This document shows positions 36,606-44,834 of a stretch of DNA of 64,000 nucleotides, piece after piece. Position 1 is the first letter of the stretch; each line of letters begins with the position of its first letter. The notes under the pieces are model-generated. The model saw only the letters and a program-made list of their open reading frames with translations, did no database searches and was not told the origin of the DNA. The DNA is from an uncultured Acidobacteriaceae bacterium. Its GTDB lineage: Bacteria; Acidobacteriota; Terriglobia; Terriglobales; Acidobacteriaceae. The translations under genes and the position numbers were made by a program. The stretch is taken from positions 260,730-324,729 of the forward strand of contig CAWCZN010000003.1 of NCBI GenBank assembly GCA_963800045.1. Direction: 5' to 3'.

Positions 36606-37702
36606 AACGGAAATGGTTGTTGCCGTCGGTGGCGATTGTCGGAGTGATGTTCGCTCTATTCATGGTGGCCAAGACCACGAAGCCGGCGCCGAAGCCCAAT
36701 ATTACCGTTGAGCCGGCCAAGGCTCCGTTCGCGTCCTACGTGTCGGGGGCTGGCCTCATTGAAGCGTCGACCGAAAACGTCAAGGTGGGTTCCACGAGCG
36801 GAGGGCTGGTCATTCAGGTCTTCGTCAAGGTCGGCGACAAGGTGAACAAGGGACAACCTCTGTTCCAGCTCGACCCTGCCGCCAAACGGGCTGAAATGGC
36901 ACGCTACGAGGCCGAGTTGCAATCGGCGCAGGCAACGCTGGAGAAACTGCGTCAAGGCACGCGCCCCGAAGAACTCGCTATGCAGCAGGAGCAAGTGCAA
37001 GAGAGTGCGGCACAATTACAGGACGCACAAGAGCAGTTGAAGCTGCGCGAGTCGGCCGCAGCCGAGGAGGCTCGTGCTGTCAGTCAGGACGAGTTGAACC
37101 AGGCGCGCAACACGGTGAAGCTGCGGGAAGCGGCGTTGAACTACCAGCAGCGCAAGTTGCAAGAGCTGCAGAACGGGACCTGGGCACCCGAAATCAAGAT
37201 CCAGGAAGCCGAGATTGCTTCCGCGCGTGCGCAGGTCGAGCAGATGCGAACGGAAATGGACAGGCTCACCGTTCGTTCTCCTCTAAAAGGAGAGGTTCTG
37301 CAAGTCAAAATTCACCAGGGCGAATATGCTCCGGCCGCTCAAACCGATGATGCCCTCATGATGGTGGGTAGTAACGACGTTATGAGCATTCGGGTCGACG
37401 TCGACGAGCAAGACGCCTGGCGAGTGAAGACCGGGGAGCCCGCCGTCGCGTATCCGCGTGGACGCAACGATGTGAGCATTCCACTCATGTTTTCCAGGGT
37501 GGAGCCCTACGTCGTTCCCAAGAAGTCGCTGACCGGCGACGCCACCGAACGCGTGGATACCCGAGTGCTGCAGGTCGTCTACGACTTTCAACAACCACCA
37601 GATTTTCGTTTGTACGTCGGCCAGCAGATGGATGTGTTTATCCAAGCCGACCCGCTGGTTGATCCAGGCGCGAAGGTGCCGGCGAAAGGCAGATCCTCAT
37701 GA
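36602..37702 (+). CDS. HlyD/DevB-family periplasmic adaptor (membrane fusion protein)
   Basis: An N-terminal anchor helix and a lipoyl-like motif (VKVGDKVNKGQPLFQLD). A long coiled-coil follows (AEMARYEAELQSAQATLEKLRQG...QEAEIASARAQVEQMRTEMDRL), then a beta-barrel segment (SPLKGEVLQVKIHQGEY). The gene has 4-nt overlaps with both neighbours. Confidence 0.88.
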   Translation: MKRKWLLPSVAIVGVMFALFMVAKTTKPAPKPNITVEPAKAPFASYVSGAGLIEASTENVKVGSTSGGLVIQVFVKVGDKVNKGQPLFQLDPAAKRAEMARYEAELQSAQATLEKLRQGTRPEELAMQQEQVQESAAQLQDAQEQLKLRESAAAEEARAVSQDELNQARNTVKLREAALNYQQRKLQELQNGTWAPEIKIQEAEIASARAQVEQMRTEMDRLTVRSPLKGEVLQVKIHQGEYAPAAQTDDALMMVGSNDVMSIRVDVDEQDAWRVKTGEPAVAYPRGRNDVSIPLMFSRVEPYVVPKKSLTGDATERVDTRVLQVVYDFQQPPDFRLYVGQQMDVFIQADPLVDPGAKVPAKGRSS

Positions 37703-39246
37703 GCAGGACTCTAAGGAGCGCAGCTGCCGGTCTCTGCTTCGCTGCCTTGCTCGCACAGCCTGGGCTCGCCAAAGACAAGGGGCAGCTGTCGGTGAAGGTG
37801 CCGGCTCAGTATCAGGAGGCGCACGCGGCTAACGGGCCGGCGGCAGTTGGGGCATTGGCGGACTGGTGGAAGACCTACAACGATCCTGAACTGCAGTCGC
37901 TCATCGAGCGTGCCATGAAGAGCAACCTCGATGTGCGCCTTGCCAAGGCGAATCTGGCTGAGTCTCGAGCTGCGGCCGGGTACACGCGCAACTCGCTGGA
38001 GCTTCCGACCGTGAACACCGACGCCAGTTACACGAGGTCTAGGACGAGTCTCGATAATCCGCAAATACCCAAGCTGAGCGGCACTGGCACACTGATCCCC
38101 ACGACCTACGGCGTGTACCAAGCATACTTCGATGCGAGTTACGAGATCGATATCTTTGGCGGAGTACGAAACCAGGTGAAGGCTGCTCGTGCCGATGCCG
38201 CAGCCAGCGCCGATGATCTACGCAACACGCTCGTCAGCACCCTGGCCGAAGTCGCGCGCGATTACATCCGGCTCAGACAATATCAGGCGCAGCTTAAGGT
38301 CGCTCAGGACAACGAAGCCTCGCAGAAGGACACACTCAAGATCACACAGGTGCGCTACAAAGCGGGGCTGGTAAGCGACCTTGACGTCGCCAACGCCAGT
38401 GCGAATGTAGCGGAGACTCAATCGTCGATCCCGACGCTGCAGAAGAACATCAGCCAGGAGATTCATGCGATCGCGGTGCTCCTGGGACAGAACCCCGAAG
38501 AACTTGGCAGCGAGCTTTCGCCTGCTGCGGCATTGCCGGAAGCGAAGTCCGAGATCGCGGCAGGTATGCCTTCAGACCTTCTGCGCCGACGTCCGGACAT
38601 CCGGGCGGCCGAAAAGAACGTAGAAGCAGCAAGCGCGCGTGTAGGTGTTCAGGTCGCGAAGTTGTTTCCGACATTCAGCTTATCGGCGCAATATGGAGGG
38701 CAGAGCGGCAGCATCACCAATATCGTCGCCGCTGCAGCCCGCTACTTTAGCATCGGTCCCACGATTGAGTGGGGCATCCTGAACTATCCCAGCCTGCGAA
38801 GCAATATCAGCGTTTACAAGGCAAAGCGTGACGAACAGGTCATCACGTATCAGAAGACCGTGCTCACCGCTTTTCAGGATGTCGAGGATGCGTTGGTGGC
38901 ATATACCCGCGAACGCGAACGTGAGGCGACGCTCGAGGAAGAAGTGGATCAGTATCGTCGCGCGGCCTCCATTTCCATGACCAAGTACACACGCGGATTG
39001 TCAACCTTCCTCGACGTACTGACGGCGCAGCGCTCGCAATACAACGCGGAAGACGCACTCGTTCAAAGCAAGGCTGCTGTACAAGTGGATCTCATTTCCC
39101 TATACAAAGCGCTGGGCGGCGGCTGGGAAGACAACGATCCGGCGGTGGCGAGCCAGAGTTCTGGCGCAGCAGCCGCCGCCAGTAACGCCAACCTGGTTCA
39201 GACCTCCCCTTCCAAGACTACGAGCCAATCACACGGAGTCCAATGA
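37699..39246 (+). CDS. Outer-membrane efflux factor, NodT/TolC family
   Basis: WWKTYNDPELQSLIERAMKSNLDVRLA, PTVNTDASYTRSR, LVSDLDVANASANVAETQSSIP, RRPDIRAAE, LFPTFSLSAQYG and LISLYKALGGGW are typical OEP repeats. Confidence 0.9.
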   Translation: MSRTLRSAAAGLCFAALLAQPGLAKDKGQLSVKVPAQYQEAHAANGPAAVGALADWWKTYNDPELQSLIERAMKSNLDVRLAKANLAESRAAAGYTRNSLELPTVNTDASYTRSRTSLDNPQIPKLSGTGTLIPTTYGVYQAYFDASYEIDIFGGVRNQVKAARADAAASADDLRNTLVSTLAEVARDYIRLRQYQAQLKVAQDNEASQKDTLKITQVRYKAGLVSDLDVANASANVAETQSSIPTLQKNISQEIHAIAVLLGQNPEELGSELSPAAALPEAKSEIAAGMPSDLLRRRPDIRAAEKNVEAASARVGVQVAKLFPTFSLSAQYGGQSGSITNIVAAAARYFSIGPTIEWGILNYPSLRSNISVYKAKRDEQVITYQKTVLTAFQDVEDALVAYTREREREATLEEEVDQYRRAASISMTKYTRGLSTFLDVLTAQRSQYNAEDALVQSKAAVQVDLISLYKALGGGWEDNDPAVASQSSGAAAAASNANLVQTSPSKTTSQSHGVQ

Positions 39247-39290
39247 GATCTATCGAGTATTGCGCAGAAGACGACCTCAGTTCCGAACTC

Positions 39291-40004
39291 CCGATGAAAG
39301 AAAAGATTCTGTTAGTGGAAGACGAGAAAGACCTCAGAACGGTCCTGACGGACCGGCTTGAGGAAGAGGGCTACGATGTGCGCTCCTGCGAAAATGGTAG
39401 CGCCGGCTTCGATGAAGCCTTACGAAAGGACGTCGATCTCATCCTGCTGGACCTGATGGTCTCTGGCAAGACCGGCTTCGATGTCTGCCGCGATCTAAGG
39501 CAAGCAGGACTCACGACTCCGATACTTATGCTGAGCGCACGTGGCCACCTGATCGACAGAGTCCTGGGACTCAAGCTTGGTGCGGACGATTACGTTGTGA
39601 AGCCCTTTGAAATGCTCGAATTGATAACTCGGATTGAAGTGCTATTGCGCCGCAGTTCGCAGAATATGTCTCATGAAGGAGTCTACCGATTTGGCTCCGT
39701 TACGATTGACCTTCCTGGGACCGCCGTCTTCCGCGATGGGCAGCAAGTCCCGCTCTCGGCACGGGAATTTGAGTTACTGCGATACCTGGTTGAACATCAA
39801 GGCTTCACGATATCTCGCGCCACACTTCTCGAAGAAGTCTGGGGATACAAAGCCAGCACTTACACGCGCACGGTTGATGCTCACATCTTCACTCTACGTC
39901 AGAAGATTGAGGACAATCCCCGCAGACCCACCTTAATCGTGACGGTGACCGGACTGGGCTACAAGCTCGAAATTAATCCCACTGTGAAAGCTGCCATTCG
40001 CTAA
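39291..40004 (+). CDS. OmpR/PhoB-family response regulator
   Basis: MKEKILLVEDEKDLRTVL, DLILLDLMVSGKTGFD and PILMLSAR form the receiver. SAREFELLRYLVEHQGFTISRATLLEEVWGY...VDAHIFTLRQKIE...VTVTGLGYKL is the winged helix. The track start at 39243 is an alternative. Confidence 0.88.
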   Translation, partial: PMKEKILLVEDEKDLRTVLTDRLEEEGYDVRSCENGSAGFDEALRKDVDLILLDLMVSGKTGFDVCRDLRQAGLTTPILMLSARGHLIDRVLGLKLGADDYVVKPFEMLELITRIEVLLRRSSQNMSHEGVYRFGSVTIDLPGTAVFRDGQQVPLSAREFELLRYLVEHQGFTISRATLLEEVWGYKASTYTRTVDAHIFTLRQKIEDNPRRPTLIVTVTGLGYKLEINPTVKAAIR

Positions 40005-40402
40005 TGATGAAACCACTAAACTCTAGCCAAACTAGCGGCCTTCCTCTAATTATGTGTGTGGATGATGATCCGGCCGTGCTTGAGGTACTGGGGGAGTATT
40101 TGACTCAATCTGGATTTCACGTTATATGCGAGCCTAACCCCCTTCGCGCCAAACAACTGCTTGCCGTCACGGAGTTTGACGCCGTGATACTTGATTACGA
40201 GATGCCAGACTGCAACGGCCTGGAATTGTCAAAAGCTATTCGTCGGAAAAAACCAGATCTGCCGATATTAATGTTTTCGGGTACCCTACTGCCGCCGGAT
40301 GCGCTTACCTGGGTATCTTCATTTGTCTCTAAGAACCAAGGTGCTCTCGGCCTTGTCAGCGCTCTCAAGCGTGAGCTGAGCCGGACTTCGGTCCGCCGGT
40401 AA
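40004..40402 (+). CDS. Stand-alone receiver (CheY-like) response regulator
   Basis: LIMCVDDDPAVLEVL, DAVILDYEMPDCNGLEL and PILMFSG. 132 aa with no output domain. Its start is immediately adjacent to the stop of the preceding RR gene. Confidence 0.8.
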   Translation: MMKPLNSSQTSGLPLIMCVDDDPAVLEVLGEYLTQSGFHVICEPNPLRAKQLLAVTEFDAVILDYEMPDCNGLELSKAIRRKKPDLPILMFSGTLLPPDALTWVSSFVSKNQGALGLVSALKRELSRTSVRR

Positions 40403-40534
40403 CGTCATGGCTCGCAGCATAGGTCACTAGTGCTCAATCTCTCAGACCCAAAACAAACGAACCTCGATTCGGTTGACATCGCTAGTTGCAGTCCCGCCCA
40501 GGCGCTGCTAGCAGGACTTGCGCCGGGGCGAAGC

Positions 40535-41896
40535 TCAATGCAAATTCAGGCAACCCGCTCCTGAATCGCCACCAGTAACGCTGAAGCGCATTGACCGAAA
40601 ATCGAAACTATAGCTTGCAAAGAGGCCAAGCACATTCTGGCCGATGTTTCCGTAGAATTCGTCTGTCGAGTTGCTATGCTGGGTCAGAATATCCACCGAC
40701 TGCGGCCTCACACAGTGTCCGTCAACACTTGCCACGAGGTCGACTACTTCATACGCCATAGCGACGACGCTGCCACCGGCGCCTAAAATCTCCAATGTGC
40801 GCAACTGGTCAGCATCTATGCTGGTTTCACCCTCACCCAAAAACGCCCTGGAGAGAATGGTTCCGATCGCCCCCGTATCGACTGTGAATAGCCGATCTCC
40901 GTGCCCGAGATCGGCGATCACCACCGGCGTAAACTTCTCCAGAAACATATTGTGTGACGTGGAATTGCCCGGCCTCGTCACAAGTGAATCAGCAAAATGT
41001 ACGCTCGCGCCTTGAACGACGCTTACTTCGCCCAATGCCATAAGAACCGGCAGCCCCAAGCACCCTTCGATTCGGTAATTCATCGATGGGAAGGTTAAAT
41101 CGGAATCCTCAACCACCAGTACCGCCACGTTCCGGATCAGTGCGGGTCCTAGCTGAATCTGGGGAATGATAGCGACCCGGACTGGGACAGGATGTCCGGA
41201 GGATGCCGCCGCATCGGCGGTTCTGGTGGAAACCGCCAGACCCAGCCGGTCAGCAACTGATCTGGATACAACGGACAGATTCGCGCCCGTATCGAGGATC
41301 CAGCTTCCGGTATAAGTCCCCACATTGACCGGAACCCGAAGTAGGCCAAGAGAATCGTTGCTGCCGCTTAGGGCGAAGGGGCCACTACTCTGAATGGTCT
41401 GGGGTGGTGCTCCGTCCAGCAACGCCCAGCGTGCTGCCTCGTGGCGCGCATTACAGGTAGATTCTGTATGGTTTGCCTCCGAGACGAGGGCTGCCTGCAG
41501 GTACGTGTTTGCGGCCTTACCATAACGGAAGCCTCTTGCATAATTGTCGGCAAGCGTACATAGTGCATATTCTGCATGCCCGGGATTGCTAATCAGAAGG
41601 CCTGAAATAAGCGGCTGAAGAAGGAGTGTCGATCGGTCCACCAGGTTTATTCGATTGGCCAACACTCCTTCGAAGTACGTGCGATCTTGCGCTGTGAGTC
41701 GAGCCTCTCGGGCCGTGAGTTCAAGTTCAAACTTGTCGTATTGCTTTCGTGCAAGCAACAGATCGAGATCTGGAGACTTAGCTGGCGGCTGCTCTGCAGA
41801 CAACGGACAGCTTGCGCAGATTAAGATCGCAATTACACCACCCGAGACGATACATCGTATGATTGCATTCAGTCGCGAAATAAAGATTTTTGCCAT
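40535..41896 (-). CDS. Exported protein with two retropepsin-like aspartic protease domains
   Basis: The N-terminus has a hydrophobic signal/anchor (GGVIAILICASCPLSA). There are two D-T-G active-site motifs: GSWILDTGANLSVVS and RLFTVDTGAIGTILS. A helical N-domain precedes them. Confidence 0.72.
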   Translation of the reverse strand: MAKIFISRLNAIIRCIVSGGVIAILICASCPLSAEQPPAKSPDLDLLLARKQYDKFELELTAREARLTAQDRTYFEGVLANRINLVDRSTLLLQPLISGLLISNPGHAEYALCTLADNYARGFRYGKAANTYLQAALVSEANHTESTCNARHEAARWALLDGAPPQTIQSSGPFALSGSNDSLGLLRVPVNVGTYTGSWILDTGANLSVVSRSVADRLGLAVSTRTADAAASSGHPVPVRVAIIPQIQLGPALIRNVAVLVVEDSDLTFPSMNYRIEGCLGLPVLMALGEVSVVQGASVHFADSLVTRPGNSTSHNMFLEKFTPVVIADLGHGDRLFTVDTGAIGTILSRAFLGEGETSIDADQLRTLEILGAGGSVVAMAYEVVDLVASVDGHCVRPQSVDILTQHSNSTDEFYGNIGQNVLGLFASYSFDFRSMRFSVTGGDSGAGCLNLH

Positions 41897-42109
41897 GTCT
41901 CATCAGATCATTATCATGGCATGCGCAATGTAAATTCTGACTAAGTTCTAGGTGAGTCTGAGGTAAGTTCCTGCGAGCGGAGCTGGGATGACACCCCCTC
42001 CCTTGCGAAGTGGTCGCCGAACAAATCCGCAGTGTTTGAGAGCGCACAGCCTGTGGATTCGAGTGGCATACCCTCATCGTCGTAAGGCTATGGCGTGCGC
42101 GGCCGCTCG

Positions 42110-42253
42110 TCACATATCTTCACCCATCGCCTGTGAGCGCGTGCTAGGTACGTTTCCGGTCGCTGGGAATCGCGACGCCCCAAAGGCGGACAGCTCGTCG
42201 GCTTGAAAGCCGCCTCGCTGATCCGAGGAGAGCAGCTGGCGGCTCACCTTCAC
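42110..42253 (-). CDS. Possible mini-ORF (47 aa) 3' of the radical SAM gene
   Basis: A GTG start is preceded by GGAGGAACCCT. The product is (M)KVSRQLLSSDQRGGFQADELSAFGASRFPATGNVPSTRSQAMGEDM. It has no Cys, I recognise no homology, and it could be a chance ORF. Confidence 0.2.
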   Translation of the reverse strand: MKVSRQLLSSDQRGGFQADELSAFGASRFPATGNVPSTRSQAMGEDM

Positions 42254-42386
42254 AGGGTTCCTCCAGAAGTGTGGGGCCTTTCTCACACCGGCAGCCAGAA
42301 CGGTCTCTTCAGCGGCCTGCTCCGTTCTTAAATCCCCCGACAGCAGCCAAGGAAGCCGTCGCGAACTGAGACTCTCGTCACGGCGC

Positions 42387-43784
42387 CTACCACTCGAACG
42401 ATATCGTCGTGTCGCGATCCCAGTGCTCCCACAGAAACGCATCGTGACGGTCGTCGGCGATGAGGCGCAGGGCGTAGCGCACCTGGTCTTCGTACAATTC
42501 GCAGAAAGCGCCGGTACGGTCCATGCCGCCATTCATCTCGTAGGCTTCGGCAGGGCAGGGAGAGCCGCAAAAGTGGCGTACGGCGCAGCGGCGACACGGA
42601 TCGATATCTTCGACCTTGCGTCCGGTGACCAGCGCGAAGGGCGGCGTCGCCAGGATGTCGTCGATCGAATCGCGGAACAGGTTGCCGCCTTTGAAACTCG
42701 GCAGGCCGAGAAATTCGCTGCACGGGAAAACGTCGCCATTGGCCGAGAGTGCAAAAAAGCAACGTCCGCCGCCGCACGGGGAGATGTCACACATCAGGCG
42801 GCGAGCCTGTGGCGCCAAGATCGAGATCAGGATGTTCGCGAAGTTCGCGACGACCATGCGGCGTCCCGTCTCGCGATAAAGCTCCTCGGTACGATCCAAC
42901 GCCGCGAGGTAAAAGCGGCTGATGTCTTCGTCCTTCGGCTTGATGTCGCGCGCGCCCTGGCGGGTGCAGCGCACCGGATTCAACATGCAGGTGGTCACGC
43001 CGCGTTCGTGAAAGAAGTCCACTGTCGGGATCAGCTTGTGCACGTTCTCGCTAGTGATGGTGCAGATCACGCTGTAGTTAGGGTAGCCTCGTAGCTTCTC
43101 CATCGCAGCCACGACCTTGTCGTAGATGCTGTGCCTGTCCCAGGTCTTGCGCGTGCGCGTAACGATTTCATCAAGCGATGAATCGAGGGACAAACCGACA
43201 GCGACACCCAGCTCCATCAGCACGTCGTATTGCGCGTCGGTCAGCACCGTGCCGTTGGTCTGGATGCCGAAGCGGAAGTCCTCGCCGTAGCGTTCGAAGG
43301 CAGGTAGCATTGCGTCCCAGTTCAAGGTTGGTTCGGCACCATGGAAGACAATTTGCGGTCGGAAGCCTCCGGGTAGGTGAGCGCAAAAATACTGTTTCAG
43401 AATCTCTAGCGCCGACAACACATGTTCGACCGGCATGTGAATGCCATCCTTGCGCATGGACTCCGGCAGGTAGCAGTACGAGCAGTTCAGATTGCAGCGC
43501 TCGGTAGGATTGAAGTATACGGCAGAGGGGCTGACGTTGAAGCGGAAGCGATGCATCTCTTCGGCGAATGCGGCGGCTTTTTCGCGATACTGATCGAGGA
43601 ACGGTCCCGGCGTGAGCGCTTCTCCGAGTTTGTCTTTCTGAATCAGAGCCCAGAAGGCGGTGTCGGGGTCGACGACGCCGATGTAATTGTCGTGGCCGAT
43701 GTCGATGGGTTGCAGGGTGCCGCCGATGCCGCTGTTGAAGTGCAGGCCGCGCGATGACGCTTGGGATTTCGTTGCGATATTCAT
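42387..43784 (-). CDS. Radical SAM enzyme with a C-terminal SPASM (twin auxiliary 4Fe-4S) domain; putative peptide maturase
   Basis: FNPTERCNLNCSYCYLP (CX3CX2C) begins at about residue 97. The SPASM signature is CDISPCGGGRCFFALSANGDVFPC ... CRRCAVRHFCGSPCPAEAY ... AFCELY. The preferred start is ATG 43784 (MNIATK) with GAGGA 8 nt upstream; the track start is 43799. Confidence 0.9.
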   Translation of the reverse strand: MNIATKSQASSRGLHFNSGIGGTLQPIDIGHDNYIGVVDPDTAFWALIQKDKLGEALTPGPFLDQYREKAAAFAEEMHRFRFNVSPSAVYFNPTERCNLNCSYCYLPESMRKDGIHMPVEHVLSALEILKQYFCAHLPGGFRPQIVFHGAEPTLNWDAMLPAFERYGEDFRFGIQTNGTVLTDAQYDVLMELGVAVGLSLDSSLDEIVTRTRKTWDRHSIYDKVVAAMEKLRGYPNYSVICTITSENVHKLIPTVDFFHERGVTTCMLNPVRCTRQGARDIKPKDEDISRFYLAALDRTEELYRETGRRMVVANFANILISILAPQARRLMCDISPCGGGRCFFALSANGDVFPCSEFLGLPSFKGGNLFRDSIDDILATPPFALVTGRKVEDIDPCRRCAVRHFCGSPCPAEAYEMNGGMDRTGAFCELYEDQVRYALRLIADDRHDAFLWEHWDRDTTISFEW

Positions 43785-43861
43785 TGGGCAAATCCTCATT
43801 CAAGATCTCGACGCGGCGGATGATGAGAACCATCCGCCGCCATGCAATGCCGTTCCGGCGT

Positions 43862-43969
43862 TTACTTCTTCGAATCCGTCATGACGTAATGAGAAAGACC
43901 AGTACCGTTGGCGTTGCAGCTCTTGCGAGTCGCAATGATGGGACGCTGGGCGTTTTTCTTCTTCTTCAC
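43862..43969 (-). CDS. Unannotated 35-aa peptide, candidate RiPP precursor
   Basis: Hand translation base by base gives GTG-MKKKKNAQRPIIATRKSCNANGTGLSHYVMTDSKK-TAA. AAAGGAGGTGATTCC lies immediately upstream; AGGAGGTGA is a full anti-SD complement with 6-7 nt spacing. The ORF ends 77 nt before the preferred rSAM start (43784). It is too short for the ORF track. Confidence 0.55.
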   Translation of the reverse strand: MKKKKNAQRPIIATRKSCNANGTGLSHYVMTDSKK

Positions 43970-44834
43970 GGAATCACCTCCTTTCGCAGCAAAGTGAAAT
44001 GAAGCAGCAGAGTCGGTCGAGCGTACGCACAAGGTTCAGGCCCGATGCGAATGCACGAAGGCGACGCACGGCGCTACGCGATTGCTTGTCTCAGGAGGGG
44101 GTGTTGTTGCCCCGGAGAAACGAAAACCCACATCCCCGTTTCCGCGCGGAGATCATCGGTTGAGACTTCGGTCAGGTCTTCTGGCTCGTGAGTGTCGAGA
44201 GCGGGGATCTCGGCGGCTGGCTTCCACCTTCCCCGGCATTTTCTGACGAGTGGTACTACGGAAGCTGCCTTCTCACTTACAGCGGCGGGACCGCTCCGGT
44301 GTTCAACCGGATTCCCTGTTGCTCTTTGGCAGAGCAACCCGAAGTCGTTTGAGATTGTCGAGCAGAGTGTAAGAGAGGATTGCTGAGTGGCGCTATGACG
44401 TGCATCACAGCGCCACGTTCAAACGGAGACGTCCAGGGCCACCGCCGCATTGGGAAAGGCCCCATCGGCACATGCAGTGAGCGAATAAATAACATTGTAG
44501 GTCCAACCTCCCTGACCGTTAAGGTCTGGTGGCCTCCTAGGGGAGGCGCCGCCGAGCCAAGGCAGTTTGCCGGTCGCGGTTGCACCCACTAGGGAGTGCA
44601 GACGAGGTGGGGATCACTCATAAGTAAGAAAGGCCGTCCAAACGGACGGCGTTAGGGGAAGCAGGCCAGAGGACTTCCGCTCGCCCGGGTTGCTTAAAGC
44701 ACACCTGAAAGAACTCGGCCATTGGTTACAAAAGCAATATCTTGCTTGTGAAGTTTTCACACCGACCTTGATGCCCCCTAACAACGTCTTAACAGTCCGC
44801 CATCGACGCAGCCCGTCCAACAACCAGGTTACCC

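Noticed and set aside
43990-44830. RNase P RNA, tmRNA or a known riboswitch in the long GC-rich intergenic region
   Set aside because: I searched by eye on both strands for the RNase P motifs (GAGGAAAGTCCGGGC, ACAGAACCCGGCTTA) and for the tmRNA tRNA-like end. Only weak partial matches turned up (for example GCGGAAGTCC). There is no support for a named RNA family.
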